A stretch of DNA of 64,000 bases from Candidatus Omnitrophota bacterium (GCA_016867115.1 VGKG01000003.1:673-64672), one strand, 5' to 3'; counted from the stretch's first letter, positions 1 through 9,794 are shown. Notes: generated by a model not told the origin, from the sequence alone. Numbers and translations: made by a program.

Positions 1-261
1 CCCCAGAGCGATCGCCAGGTCAAAACTTGCGCCCTCTTTTTTGATGTCTGAGGGAGCCAGGCTGATAGTTACCCTCTCTCCCGGCCAGGAGAAGCCGGAA
101 TTCCTGATGGCGGATTTCACTCTGGCCCTGCTCTCCCGGATAGCTGAGTCCGGCAGGCCGACCAGGATTACCGCCGGCAGTCCCCCTGACACATCTACTT
201 CTATTTCAACAGGATACGCCTCTAAACCAAAAACGCCAAAACTGGATACCTTCGCTAACAT
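1..261 (-). CDS. comM: ComM/YifB family Mg-chelatase-like AAA+ ATPase, N-terminal part (runs off the window start)
   Basis: Manual translation of the minus strand from ATG at 261: MLAKVSSFGVFGLEAYPVEIEVDVSGGLPAVILVGLPDSAIRESRARVKSAIRNSG...ISLAPSDIKKEGASFDLAIALG, the typical YifB N-terminus; GAGGAGG SD upstream. Confidence 0.9.
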   Translation of the reverse strand, partial: MLAKVSSFGVFGLEAYPVEIEVDVSGGLPAVILVGLPDSAIRESRARVKSAIRNSGFSWPGERVTISLAPSDIKKEGASFDLAIALG

Positions 262-322
262 ATGGCCACCTCCTCTACCATAATAGATACCGGAGACCGG
301 AAAATCTAACTAAGAAAAATGC

Positions 323-351
323 TTGCCGCAAGTCTGATTTTATGCTAATCT
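323..351 (+). promoter_or_regulatory. Putative sigma70 promoter (TTGCCG-17-TAATCT with extended TG), 8 nt before ATG 360
   Basis: Motif spacing seen directly; no clear SD before the ATG. Confidence 0.4.
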
Positions 352-359
352 AAAAGGCC

Positions 360-806
360 ATGCAAGAGGCTTTTCTTCAATTCCTCAGGAATAAAGTCCT
401 GATCACCACTATTTTTGCCTGGATCATTGCTCAGGCGCTCAAAGTGGTAGTTGGGGTGATCCGCTATAAAAGGTTCGATTTCCGCTGGTTTGTAGGTACA
501 GGAGGCATGCCCTCAAGCCATGTTACCGGCGCATCGTGCCTGGCGACTGCCGTAGGCCAGGCTTATGGTTTTGACAGCGCCTACTTTGCCTTGGCTGCGT
601 CTTTTGCCCTGGTAATCATGTTCGATGCCCAGGGCGTCAGGCGCGCAGCCGGACGGCAGGCGCGCATCCTGAATAAGATCAGCGAGGACATATACTGGAA
701 GGGCAAGTTTGACGAGGAGAAACTGCGCGAGTTTATCGGGCATACTCCGGTAGAGGTGATCGTAGGGTTCATTCTGGGAGTGGTGATAGCGCTGGTTGCG
801 CGTTAA
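360..806 (+). CDS. Divergent PAP2 family protein (DUF212, acid phosphatase/vanadium haloperoxidase-related)
   Basis: GGMPSSH, DAxGVRRAAG and GHTPxEV motifs. Confidence 0.88.
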   Translation: MQEAFLQFLRNKVLITTIFAWIIAQALKVVVGVIRYKRFDFRWFVGTGGMPSSHVTGASCLATAVGQAYGFDSAYFALAASFALVIMFDAQGVRRAAGRQARILNKISEDIYWKGKFDEEKLREFIGHTPVEVIVGFILGVVIALVAR

Positions 807-823
807 TAAAAAGAGGTGGAGAG

Positions 824-1648
824 GTGAACAAGAAATTCGTGATCCTGCTGGCAGCGATCGGTATAGTACTGGCTGTGGTGCTGGTCATCGGCTTAAAGAA
901 GGCAAATATTACCCTGGGCAGCAGGCTTCCTGCGGTAGGCGAAGCGGCAGCCCTGATCAATCAGGCTAAACAATTAGAGGAGAAGGGGGAGCTCCTTGCG
1001 GCCAAGGAGGCCTACCAGAAGCTGATCGGCGAATACCTTAATTCTGCGCAGGTTTCGGAATGGCAGAAAAAAGCAGAAGAGCTGAACATGGAATTATTAT
1101 TCTCCGCTACGGTCACGCCCAAAAGCGTCTCTTATGAGATAAAGCCGGGAGATACCCTGGCCAGGATCGCGCGGGAGTTTAAGACCACCCCGGAATTGAT
1201 CATGAAGAGCAACAACCTCTCCGGCGATCGGATCGTTCCGGGAAGGAAGATCAAGGTCTGGAACGCGCCTTTTAGCATACTGGTGGATAAATCCCAGAAT
1301 ACGCTGATCCTGAAATGCGACGATGAGATCATGAAGACTTACATCGTCTCCACGGGCAAGAATAACTCTACTCCTACCGGCACCTTTAAGATAGCCAACA
1401 AGCTGATGAATCCCCCCTGGTTCAAGAAAGGTTCCTCAAGCCCCATCCCTGCCGGCAGCCCCGAAAATATACTGGGGACGCGCTGGATGGGCTTTGACCG
1501 TCTTACTGACTACGGAATTCACGGCACTATCGACCCCCAGAGCCTGGGTAAACAGGTCACCCAGGGTTGCGTGCGCATGGCTAATCCTGAGGTGGAAGAA
1601 CTCTATATCATCGTCCCCGTCGGCACCGAAGTCACCATTGTTGACTGA
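824..1648 (+). CDS. L,D-transpeptidase (YkuD domain) with LysM and N-terminal anchor
   Basis: LysM YEIKPGDTLARIA; YkuD YGIHGT...TQGCVRM. Confidence 0.9.
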   Translation: MNKKFVILLAAIGIVLAVVLVIGLKKANITLGSRLPAVGEAAALINQAKQLEEKGELLAAKEAYQKLIGEYLNSAQVSEWQKKAEELNMELLFSATVTPKSVSYEIKPGDTLARIAREFKTTPELIMKSNNLSGDRIVPGRKIKVWNAPFSILVDKSQNTLILKCDDEIMKTYIVSTGKNNSTPTGTFKIANKLMNPPWFKKGSSSPIPAGSPENILGTRWMGFDRLTDYGIHGTIDPQSLGKQVTQGCVRMANPEVEELYIIVPVGTEVTIVD

Positions 1649-1682
1649 GCGTGAATACGCGTTGTTTGATTTAGGCAATTTG

Positions 1683-1819
1683 CCCCTCGCGTAAGCGCTT
1701 GTAAATTTCCTTGAAATTTACTGCGCACGCTCGGGGTTAATTCGCAGACGCTGAATATAATTAAACGAGGCAGTTACACTTTACGTTCACTCACTTTGTT
1801 CGTTCCGTAAAGTGTCTGC
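1683..1819. repeat. Intergenic palindromic region with two long imperfect hairpins
   Basis: CCCCTCGCGT..GCGC-GTAAATTTC-CTT-GAAATTTAC-GCGCACGCTCGGGG (1683-1736) and GCAG..ACACTTTACG-loop-CGTAAAGTGTCTGC (1770-1819). Confidence 0.65.
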
Positions 1820-1826
1820 TCATTAA

Positions 1827-2774
1827 ATGGCCGGATTAGATTTCGAAAAACCGATCATCGAGCTTGAGAAGAAGATCCAGGAGCTGAAGAACTTCGTCTC
1901 GGATAAGAATATCGACCTTACCGCGGAAGTCAGGCGCCTGGAGGAAAAATTAGAGCACCTCAAAAAAGACACCTACACCAATTTAAGCGCCTGGCAGAAG
2001 ATCCAGCTTGCCCGCCACCCCCAGAGGCCCTACACCTTAGACTACATCAGCATGCTCATGACTGATTTTATCGAGTTGCACGGCGACCGCGCCTTTGCCG
2101 ATGATAAGGCTCTTATTTGCGGCCTGGCAAAACTGGATAAACAGAAAGCGGTCGTCATCGGCCACCAGAAGGGCCGCGATACCAAAGAGAACCTGAAGCG
2201 TAACTTCGGCTGCGCGCATCCTGAAGGCTACCGCAAGGCCATGCGGGTAATGGAGCTGGCGGATAGGTTTTCTCTGCCTATTGTGGCTTTTATCGATACG
2301 CCGGGCGCATACCCGGGTATCGGCGCCGAAGAGCGCGGCCAGTCGCAGGCGATTGCCGAAAACCTAAGGGACATGGCTCAGGTCTCCACCCCTATAGTCG
2401 CTATTATCATCGGCGAAGGCGGCTCCGGCGGCGCCTTAGGCATAGGTATCGCCGACAGGGTCTGTGTTCTGGAGAACGCTTATTATTCGGTCATTTCTCC
2501 CGAAGGTTGCGCTGCGATCCTCTGGAAGGACGGCTCAAAGGCTCCGGAGGCGGCAGAGGTCCTGAAGCTTACCGCGCAGGACCTTTTAAAGATGGGGATC
2601 ATCGAAGAGATCATCCCCGAGCCGATGGGCGGCGCGCACCGCGATCCCCAGAAGACCGCGGACAACGTAAAAGATGCGATCTTAAGGAACCTGCGTGAGC
2701 TGAAGCAGCTGGATAAAGAAGGCCTGCTTAAGGCAAGATACAAGAAGTTTCGCAGCATCGGCGCAATCGCATGA
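1827..2774 (+). CDS. accA: Acetyl-CoA carboxylase carboxyltransferase alpha subunit
   Basis: LDFEKPI, ARHPQRP, GHQKGRDTKE, FIDTPGAYPGIGAEERGQ, GEGGSGGAL. Confidence 0.97.
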   Translation: MAGLDFEKPIIELEKKIQELKNFVSDKNIDLTAEVRRLEEKLEHLKKDTYTNLSAWQKIQLARHPQRPYTLDYISMLMTDFIELHGDRAFADDKALICGLAKLDKQKAVVIGHQKGRDTKENLKRNFGCAHPEGYRKAMRVMELADRFSLPIVAFIDTPGAYPGIGAEERGQSQAIAENLRDMAQVSTPIVAIIIGEGGSGGALGIGIADRVCVLENAYYSVISPEGCAAILWKDGSKAPEAAEVLKLTAQDLLKMGIIEEIIPEPMGGAHRDPQKTADNVKDAILRNLRELKQLDKEGLLKARYKKFRSIGAIA

Positions 2775-3286
2775 TAGAACATGAACTCCTATTCTTAGGG
2801 CTCCTCAGAGAAGGCCCCAAGCACGGCTACGACATCAAAATAAAGATCCGCGAGATCCTCTCCATATTCGCCGGCATTGACCTGAAATCAGTATATTACC
2901 CCTTAAGGATATTAGAGAAAAGAGGCCTGGTCACCAAGCGCAAAATCAAATCCGGCCGCCGGCCGGAACGCATAGTCTATTGCCTCACGCCTGAGGGAAG
3001 CGCCCGTTTTGAAGAACTATTAAGCGAAAGCTTCCTTAATTTCAAGCGGCCGCAATTCAGCCTGGACCTGAGCCTTTATTTCCTGAATTACGTAAGACCT
3101 CAGACCGCAAAGAGGAGGCTGCGCGCCAGGATGCTCCTCCTGAAGCGGCTTTTGCGCAGCCTGCATCAGGCAGTAAATGCCTCCCGTAAGGAGAAACCCC
3201 TTACCCTGACCTATATCCTGGAACATGACCTGCAGATGGTTGAAACTGAGCTTAAGTTCTTAGAGAATCTGGTGAGAAACTTTTAA
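2771..3286 (+). CDS. PadR family transcriptional regulator
   Basis: LGLLREGPKHGYDI...VYYPLRILEKRGLV...RPERIVYCLTPEG winged-helix pattern. Confidence 0.85.
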   Translation: MIEHELLFLGLLREGPKHGYDIKIKIREILSIFAGIDLKSVYYPLRILEKRGLVTKRKIKSGRRPERIVYCLTPEGSARFEELLSESFLNFKRPQFSLDLSLYFLNYVRPQTAKRRLRARMLLLKRLLRSLHQAVNASRKEKPLTLTYILEHDLQMVETELKFLENLVRNF

Positions 3287-3505
3287 ATGCTTCCTTTTAT
3301 TGCCGCAACAGGAATTATTATCGGCGTCTTCCTCGCCCTCAAACCTGCCCGGGCAATAGAAGCGCAGAGAAGGTTTTACCTGCATATTAACTGGAAGATC
3401 GAGCCGGTCTCTATGGAAAAAGAGCTGCGTAATACCCGCCTCATGGGACTGTTTCTCACCGGCATTTCGATACTCATCTTCATCCTCGCATTTCTGAAAG
3501 CCTAA
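3287..3505 (+). CDS. Small two-TM membrane protein, unknown function
   Basis: ORF abuts the PadR stop; two hydrophobic segments. Confidence 0.6.
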   Translation: MLPFIAATGIIIGVFLALKPARAIEAQRRFYLHINWKIEPVSMEKELRNTRLMGLFLTGISILIFILAFLKA

Positions 3506-3530
3506 CCCGTAGACCAGACCCGAAATTACC

Positions 3531-3595
3531 TTGACAGCGCATAATAAATATGGCATATTTTTAATGATATTAATATTTAACTTACTTAAATATTA
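3531..3595 (+). promoter_or_regulatory. Promoter (TTGACA at 3531) with a perfect inverted repeat TAATATTTAA-N5-TTAAATATTA (3571-3595), probable MarR operator
   Basis: 10-bp perfect IR just upstream of the marR SD; MarR autoregulation through such IRs is typical. Confidence 0.7.
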
Positions 3596-3606
3596 TGGAG
3601 GTAAAT

Positions 3607-4053
3607 ATGTTTCAGTCAAAGATCGAGGTTTTTGCCGACAGGCTTAACGCCGTACTGCCGGTGATCATCAAGGAGTTTTCCCGGCGCCAGACAAATGAAC
3701 TGTATAGGGGCCACATCAGCCTGGCGCAGTTTTTGATCCTGGAGTTCCTGCAGCGCGAGGGTGAATCCCGGATGTCCGCCCTGGCCCGCGCGATGCATGT
3801 GACTACCGCGGCGATGACCGGTTTTATCGAGAGGCTGGTTCGGGACGGCTACGCCCTCAGGCAATCAGACCCGGACGACAGACGCGTCATCAGGATAAGG
3901 CTTACCCCCAAGGGAGCCGGCCTTGTGCATAAGATCAATCACCAGCGGCGCACGATGGTCATAAAGATCTTCGGCAAGATCTCGGAAAGGGAGCGCCATG
4001 ATTATCTGAAGATCCTCACGCACATAAAAGAGATCCTGGCTGAAGAGGCTTAA
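3607..4053 (+). CDS. MarR family transcriptional regulator (start likely ATG 3607 after GGAGG; ORF open from 3595)
   Basis: SLAQFLIL...LARAMHVTTAAMTGFIERLVRDGY...DPDDRRVIRIRLTPKG. Confidence 0.92.
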   Translation: MFQSKIEVFADRLNAVLPVIIKEFSRRQTNELYRGHISLAQFLILEFLQREGESRMSALARAMHVTTAAMTGFIERLVRDGYALRQSDPDDRRVIRIRLTPKGAGLVHKINHQRRTMVIKIFGKISERERHDYLKILTHIKEILAEEA

Positions 4054-4060
4054 AAGGCGA

Positions 4061-5329
4061 ATGAAGAAGATAATTTTATTATTCAGCATCTTTATATCGT
4101 TCCTGCCGGTAGCCTTACGGGCAGAGGAGATCCTGCTTACTCCCGATGAGGCGGTTGCGCTGTGCCTGCGGGAGAACCGCGACGTGCTCTTAAGGGCCGA
4201 GGATATCAAGAAGGCCAAGGCAAAACTTGCCGAGGCAAATGCCGGCCTCTTTCCCAGCGTCACCGCCAGCTTCACCTGGCAGGATGTGCGCGGGCTTTAT
4301 GATAAGGACCTTCCGGAGAAGGAGAGCCACATCGGCGCAAAACAGTATTTTTATCAGGGCGGAAGGGTGATCAATACCATCAGGTACAGCCAGCAGGGGA
4401 TAGAGGTCGCACGGGCGCTTCTGGATAAGACAAAAATCGAGACGGCCTTAAACGTCAGAAGGTCGTTTTATACTCTTTTATTGGCTGTGGAGTTCAGCCG
4501 CCTAAACAGCGAGATCCTGAAAAACACCAAAGGGCATCTTAGGTATCTAGAAGAGCGCTATAAGTCCGGAGAAGCTTCGGAATCGGATATTTTACAGATC
4601 AAGCAGTCCCTGGCCGCGATAGAAGACGCTTATGAGACCTCTTTGAACCAGGCGGATGCAAGCGAGGCGCTCCTTAAAAGTCTGCTTTTTCTCGACGAAA
4701 AAGTAAAGATAATTCCTGCGGCCCGGTTCGAATATACGCCCGAAGAGGTCGCTTATGACGAAGGCCTGTTAAAGGCGATGAAGTCAAGGCCGGAGATCAG
4801 GCAGTTTGAAGCCCAGGAAAAGCAGTCGAAATACGCGATTGAAATAGCTAAGGCTGACGGAAGGCCCAGTATCTACGCCTCTTGGGACTATTATAGCTCA
4901 TCAACAACTGTTCTTACCTTTTCGCCGTCGCGCGCCTGGCAGGATTACAATATAATCGGAGTGACTTTTTCCTGGCCCATCTTTGACGGCTGGGCGACCA
5001 AAGCCAAGGTGGAGCAGGCGATCGTAGACTTAAAGGAGGCCCAGCTTTTAAAAGAAAAGACGGTCAAGGATATCGCCACAGAACTGAAAGAGGCGTACCT
5101 GGGCATGAAGGATGCGATATCAGGCATCCGGGCATCCGAGGCAGACATCCTGCGTTTTCAGGATAACCTCTCGGTAGTGAAAGAGAAGAATAAGGCAGGC
5201 ATTGCCAGCTACCTGGACCTGGACGATGCGCGCCTGAAATATAACGTCTCACAGTTCAATCAGCAGCAGGCGGTCTATGATTACATCGTCGCCAAGGCCA
5301 CTTTCGAAAAGGCAACCGGAGGGCTCTGA
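4061..5329 (+). CDS. TolC family outer-membrane efflux protein
   Basis: Signal peptide, duplicated OEP helical repeats, FSWPIFDG motif. Confidence 0.9.
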   Translation: MKKIILLFSIFISFLPVALRAEEILLTPDEAVALCLRENRDVLLRAEDIKKAKAKLAEANAGLFPSVTASFTWQDVRGLYDKDLPEKESHIGAKQYFYQGGRVINTIRYSQQGIEVARALLDKTKIETALNVRRSFYTLLLAVEFSRLNSEILKNTKGHLRYLEERYKSGEASESDILQIKQSLAAIEDAYETSLNQADASEALLKSLLFLDEKVKIIPAARFEYTPEEVAYDEGLLKAMKSRPEIRQFEAQEKQSKYAIEIAKADGRPSIYASWDYYSSSTTVLTFSPSRAWQDYNIIGVTFSWPIFDGWATKAKVEQAIVDLKEAQLLKEKTVKDIATELKEAYLGMKDAISGIRASEADILRFQDNLSVVKEKNKAGIASYLDLDDARLKYNVSQFNQQQAVYDYIVAKATFEKATGGL

Positions 5330-6204
5330 TGAAAAACTATAAACTTGTTTTTCTTATACTTTTAAGTCTTTTTACTTTCGGCTGTCAGCCTAAAGCGGAG
5401 AAACAGAAGGCAGAGGAGAGCATTCCGGTAAGGGTGATCAAGGTAGGCCTGCAGGAATTGGCCGAGACCATCGACTACGTGGGTAATATCAGGGCTAAAG
5501 ACGAAGCCCTGATCTATCCCAAGGTGAGCGGTAAGATCATCGAAAAGGTCAAGGAGGACGGCGCGCCCGTGAATAAGGGCGAGGTGATCCTTTATATCGA
5601 CCGCGACGAGGTGGGGCTGAAGTTCGAGCGGGCCCCGGTTGAGAGTACGCTTACCGGGACCATAGGCAGGGTCTACGTGGATATCGGAGAGAATGTGGAC
5701 CCGCAGACCGCAGTCGCCCTGGTCGTGGATATGCACGAGGTAAAGACTGACCTTGATATCCCGGAAAAGTACCTGGCCAAGGTCTCGCTTGGACAGACGG
5801 CCAGGATCAGCGTGGATGCCTATCCCGCAGAAGAGTTTATGGGGAAGGTGACCAAGATCAGCCCGGTAGTGGATATGAATACCCGCAGCTCCCCCATTGA
5901 GATCACCGTGGCTAATCCCGGGCACCGGCTGAAATCCGGCATGTTTGCCAAGGTCAGCCTCATCGTACGCGAGAAAAAAGAGGTGCCGGTGATCATGAAA
6001 GAGGCGGTGATCGGCAAAGAGCCTGACCAGTGTGTCTTTGTGATCGAAGATAACAAGGCGCTTTTAAAGAAGATAAGCCTGGGTATCCGTCAGGGGCCGT
6101 ATTTTGAGGTAAGGCAGGGGTTAAAAGAAGGGGATTTAGTGGTAGTGATGGGCCAGCAGCGGCTTACCGAGGGCAGTCCCGTCAAGATAGAGGAGAATAA
6201 ATAA
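5329..6204 (+). CDS. RND efflux periplasmic adaptor (MFP) lipoprotein
   Basis: Lipobox FGC; PKVSGKI; LKSGMFAKV; GLKEGDLVVVMG. Confidence 0.92.
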   Translation: MKNYKLVFLILLSLFTFGCQPKAEKQKAEESIPVRVIKVGLQELAETIDYVGNIRAKDEALIYPKVSGKIIEKVKEDGAPVNKGEVILYIDRDEVGLKFERAPVESTLTGTIGRVYVDIGENVDPQTAVALVVDMHEVKTDLDIPEKYLAKVSLGQTARISVDAYPAEEFMGKVTKISPVVDMNTRSSPIEITVANPGHRLKSGMFAKVSLIVREKKEVPVIMKEAVIGKEPDQCVFVIEDNKALLKKISLGIRQGPYFEVRQGLKEGDLVVVMGQQRLTEGSPVKIEENK

Positions 6205-9200
6205 TGAAGTTTGCGGAGTTCGGCGTAAAAAGGCCGGTCACCAACCTCATGATCTTCTTCTCTATTTTTGTCCTGGCCATGTACAGTTTCACGCGCCTGG
6301 GGATTGACATGATGCCTGAGATCGAGCCGCCGGTGATCACGGTGATCTCCGCTTACCCGGGAGCCAGCCCTGAAGACGTGGAAGTCAAGGTGACCGAGCC
6401 GCTGGAAAACCAGCTGGCCACTACTCCCGGCCTTGAGAAGATGACCTCGGATTCATTAGACGGGGTGTCTTTGATCACCCTGAAGTTCATCTGGGGGACA
6501 AACCTTGACGCCGCCTCCAATGACGTGCGCGACCGCATTGACCTGGCCAAGCGTTTCCTTCCGGATATCCCCGATGAGATGGATAACCCCTTTATCTACA
6601 AGTTCAATACCTCCAATATCCCCATCCTCTTTTTCGGGATCACCGCAAAACAATCCTATACCGACCTCTTTGACCTGGTGGATAAAAGAGTGGCTGATGC
6701 CCTGCGCCAGCTGCCCGGCGTAGGCACCGTCGAGCTGATCGGAGGGTTGGAACGGCAGGTGAACATCTGGATCGACCGCCAGCGCCTGGAAGGATACGGC
6801 TTCTCGATCCTGGATATAGAGGCCTCTCTAAGAAAAGAGAATGTCCAGCAGCCTCTGGGCAGGTTAAAGAGCGGGCTTACCGATTATCTTATCCGGCTGC
6901 CGGGTGAGTTCGCTGCTCCGGATGAGATCAATCAGGTGATCCTGGGAAGGCGCAACGGGAATCTGGTCTATCTAAAAGACGTAGCCAGGGTCGAGGACAG
7001 CTTCAAAGAGGTGACCCTGAACGTGCGTATCAGCAGGCAGCCCGGATTGCTGCTCATGGTGCAAAAACAGAGCGGCACAAATACCGTGGAGGTCGCCCGG
7101 CGCATCAGGGATAAACTCGATGAACTGGAGAAGGTCCTGCCTGCGGACGTCAAGATCTACACCATCTTTGATACTTCTAAAGACATCATTGATTCCCTGA
7201 ACTCCCTGAAGTCTACAGTCTGGGTGGGGATCATTCTGGTGGTCCTCGTAGTCTGGTTCTTTCTGCGGATGGCCCTGCCCAGCCTTATCGTTGCCCTGAC
7301 CATTCCTTTTTCCCTGCTCATCGCCTTTGTTTATCTGTTCTTAAGCGGCCGCACGGTAAATGTCATCAGCCTTTCGTCGCTGGCGATCGCAGCCGGGATG
7401 GTCGTGGATAACGCGATTGTAGTCGTGGATAACATCTATAGAAAATTAGAGAGGGGTAACCGGGCCCAGGAGGCTGCAATCTTCGGCACGCAGGAGATGT
7501 TCTTTGCGATCGCCGCCTCGACCTTTACCACTATCGTAGTCTTCCTGCCCATGCTTTTCATCCCCGGGGTGATCGGAGTGATGTTTGCTGAAATGGCAGT
7601 GATCATTTCCGCCACACTCCTGGGTTCTCTTTTTACCGCCTCGACATTCAGCCCCATGCTCTGTTCGCAGTGGATGAAAAAGCCGTACGCGCAAAAAGCA
7701 GACGGCGGATGGTTTGACAAGTTCTACAATTTTTCCGAAAGGATCTTCCGCTCGTGGGAGGAGTTTTACGCCCGGAACCTCGGGTTTTGCCTGCACCATA
7801 AAAAATTAGTGATCTTCGCTTTTTCCGGGGCTTTTATTTTTTCCCTGACCCTGCTTCCCTTTGTCGGCCATGAGTTTATTCCCGAGGAAGACACCGGAGA
7901 CCTGCGCCTGACTGCGCACCTGCCTTTAGGGACCCGGATCGAAGAAGCGGACAAGGTGGCCTCCAGGATCGAGGAGATGATCCGGGAGGATGTCCCGGAG
8001 GCGCGCTTTTATTTTTCCCGCACCGGAGAGACGGCGGGAAGGAGCAGGGCTGCGGGCCAGACTTCCGGAACGCACATCATTACTGCCGGCGCAAAGTTAG
8101 TCTCGAAGACTAAGCGCACCCGCAGCGCCAACGACGTAGCGCAGGCCCTGCGGCAGAAGATCAAAGAGATCCCCGGGGTCCTGAAGATCGATATGCAGGT
8201 GGGTAACCCCCTCGGCCGCATGATCACCGGCATGGGCGGGAAGGCGGTCCGGCTTGAGGTCATCGGCCACTCTTTTGAAGAGACGGACCGCGTAGCCAAT
8301 CAGATCAAGGGCCTGATGGAGAAGATCCCCGGCGCTGTAGATGTGGCAATTTCGCGAGAGTTCAACCGCCCGGAATTAAGGATCGAAATAGACCGCGAGA
8401 AGATCGGCAGCCTTGGCCTGACCATGGATACCATCGCCAACAGCCTGCAGGCTTATATTGCCGGCTCGGTTGCCAGCAAATACCGCGAAAAGGGAGAGAC
8501 CTATGATATCAATCTGCGCCTGGAAGAAGAGAACCGTAAAAAAATAGAAGACATCGAAAACCTGCCTTTGATCGCCGAGACCACCCAGTTTGTCAGCGCC
8601 CAGGCGCCGGTGAGCGCCCTGGCGCCGCAAATCGAGACTGCCCCGCCGGTCTCCCTGACTACGCTTAAGATCATCCGGCTCTCCAATGTCGCCAAGATCT
8701 ACGAGGTCAAGGCACCGGTAAGTATCGAACGCCAGAACCGCGAGAGGGTAGTCAGGGTAGAATGCAATACCTATAAGCGTTCATCGGGGAAAGTGGTCGA
8801 GGATATCCAAAAGGCGCTCTCCAGCATTGCCGTCCCCAAGGACATCATGATTAATTTCGGCGGCGAGGCAGAGGAGCAGAAAAAGGCCTTCCGGGACCTG
8901 GGCCTATTATTGATCTTAGGCATTATCCTTGTCTATATGATCATGGCCGCTCAGTTTGAGTCGCTTTTTGACCCCTTTATTATCATGTTCTCCATACCTT
9001 TCACCTTTATCGGCGTGATCTTAAGTTTTCTGGTTACCGGGATAACGCTAAACGTGATCAGTTACTTGGGCGTGATCATGCTTATGGGCATTGTGGTCAA
9101 TAACGCCATTGTCCTCATCAGCTACATTATCATCTTGCGCCACCGCGGCCAGACTATGTATGAGGCGGTGACTAATGCCGGAAGAGACAGGCTGCGGCCG

Positions 9201-9410
9201 GTTCTAATGACCACGATCACCACGTTGGTTGGACTCCTGCCTCTGGCTTTATTCCGGGGCGAAGGCTCGGAATCCTGGCAGCCGTTGGGAGTGACCATGT
9301 TCGGCGGGCTTTTAGTCTCTACCCTGATCACCATGCTTTTTGTGCCTACGCTTTATGCGCTCTTCCACAGAAAAGCAGCCGAGGCAGAAGCAGGAGGAAA
9401 AAGGAGATGA
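6204..9410 (+). CDS. RND efflux transporter (AcrB/AcrD/AcrF family)
   Basis: 1068 aa; YPGASPEDVE, GMVVDNAIVVVDN, GIVVNNAI, RLRPVLMTT. Confidence 0.95.
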   Translation: MKFAEFGVKRPVTNLMIFFSIFVLAMYSFTRLGIDMMPEIEPPVITVISAYPGASPEDVEVKVTEPLENQLATTPGLEKMTSDSLDGVSLITLKFIWGTNLDAASNDVRDRIDLAKRFLPDIPDEMDNPFIYKFNTSNIPILFFGITAKQSYTDLFDLVDKRVADALRQLPGVGTVELIGGLERQVNIWIDRQRLEGYGFSILDIEASLRKENVQQPLGRLKSGLTDYLIRLPGEFAAPDEINQVILGRRNGNLVYLKDVARVEDSFKEVTLNVRISRQPGLLLMVQKQSGTNTVEVARRIRDKLDELEKVLPADVKIYTIFDTSKDIIDSLNSLKSTVWVGIILVVLVVWFFLRMALPSLIVALTIPFSLLIAFVYLFLSGRTVNVISLSSLAIAAGMVVDNAIVVVDNIYRKLERGNRAQEAAIFGTQEMFFAIAASTFTTIVVFLPMLFIPGVIGVMFAEMAVIISATLLGSLFTASTFSPMLCSQWMKKPYAQKADGGWFDKFYNFSERIFRSWEEFYARNLGFCLHHKKLVIFAFSGAFIFSLTLLPFVGHEFIPEEDTGDLRLTAHLPLGTRIEEADKVASRIEEMIREDVPEARFYFSRTGETAGRSRAAGQTSGTHIITAGAKLVSKTKRTRSANDVAQALRQKIKEIPGVLKIDMQVGNPLGRMITGMGGKAVRLEVIGHSFEETDRVANQIKGLMEKIPGAVDVAISREFNRPELRIEIDREKIGSLGLTMDTIANSLQAYIAGSVASKYREKGETYDINLRLEEENRKKIEDIENLPLIAETTQFVSAQAPVSALAPQIETAPPVSLTTLKIIRLSNVAKIYEVKAPVSIERQNRERVVRVECNTYKRSSGKVVEDIQKALSSIAVPKDIMINFGGEAEEQKKAFRDLGLLLILGIILVYMIMAAQFESLFDPFIIMFSIPFTFIGVILSFLVTGITLNVISYLGVIMLMGIVVNNAIVLISYIIILRHRGQTMYEAVTNAGRDRLRPVLMTTITTLVGLLPLALFRGEGSESWQPLGVTMFGGLLVSTLITMLFVPTLYALFHRKAAEAEAGGKRR

Positions 9411-9697
9411 AGATGGTCATGGTCTGTTACAATGAGGCTATTGATATTGAGGTGATGGAGCTTTTGGGAGGGAGTGGCCTAAAAAATTATACCAAGGTCT
9501 GCGCTACCTTTGGTAGCGGCAATACTTCCGGAATACACCTTGGTAATGATATCTGGCCGGGTAAGAATAACCTGCTTTTTGTCGCCTGCCAGGAAAAAGA
9601 GGCAAAGGAGCTCCTCTCTGCAGTGCGAGAATTAAGGAAACAGCTTGGCAGAGAAGGGGTTAAGGCTTTCATTTTACCATTAGAAGAGCTCACCTGA
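9407..9697 (+). CDS. P-II-like transporter-associated protein (PG0541-like)
   Basis: 96 aa, ATGA-coupled to the RND gene; GxG..HLGNDIWPGKN pattern. Confidence 0.7.
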   Translation: MKMVMVCYNEAIDIEVMELLGGSGLKNYTKVCATFGSGNTSGIHLGNDIWPGKNNLLFVACQEKEAKELLSAVRELRKQLGREGVKAFILPLEELT

Positions 9698-9735
9698 TCT
9701 TTTGTTCACGCCTCAAAAATTTTGCGAAAAATCCC

Positions 9736-9794
9736 TTGACAGCACCGCTTAAATAGGTATAATATATTAAAATTTAATTAGTAAAATTTTACTA
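9736..9794 (+). promoter_or_regulatory. Near-consensus sigma70 promoter (TTGACA-16-TATAAT) of the PKS operon, followed by AT-rich palindromes
   Basis: TTGACA 9736-41, TATAAT 9758-63, TAGTAAAATTTTACTA palindrome 9779-94. Confidence 0.75.

Noticed and set aside
41-283. 80-aa + strand ORF
   Set aside because: Antisense shadow of the minus-strand comM/yifB gene, which has clear motifs and an SD
9700-9730. TTTGTTCACGCCTCAAAAATTTTGCG as a third copy of the dispersed element
   Set aside because: Only short, degenerate similarity to 39770-39795; could be chance
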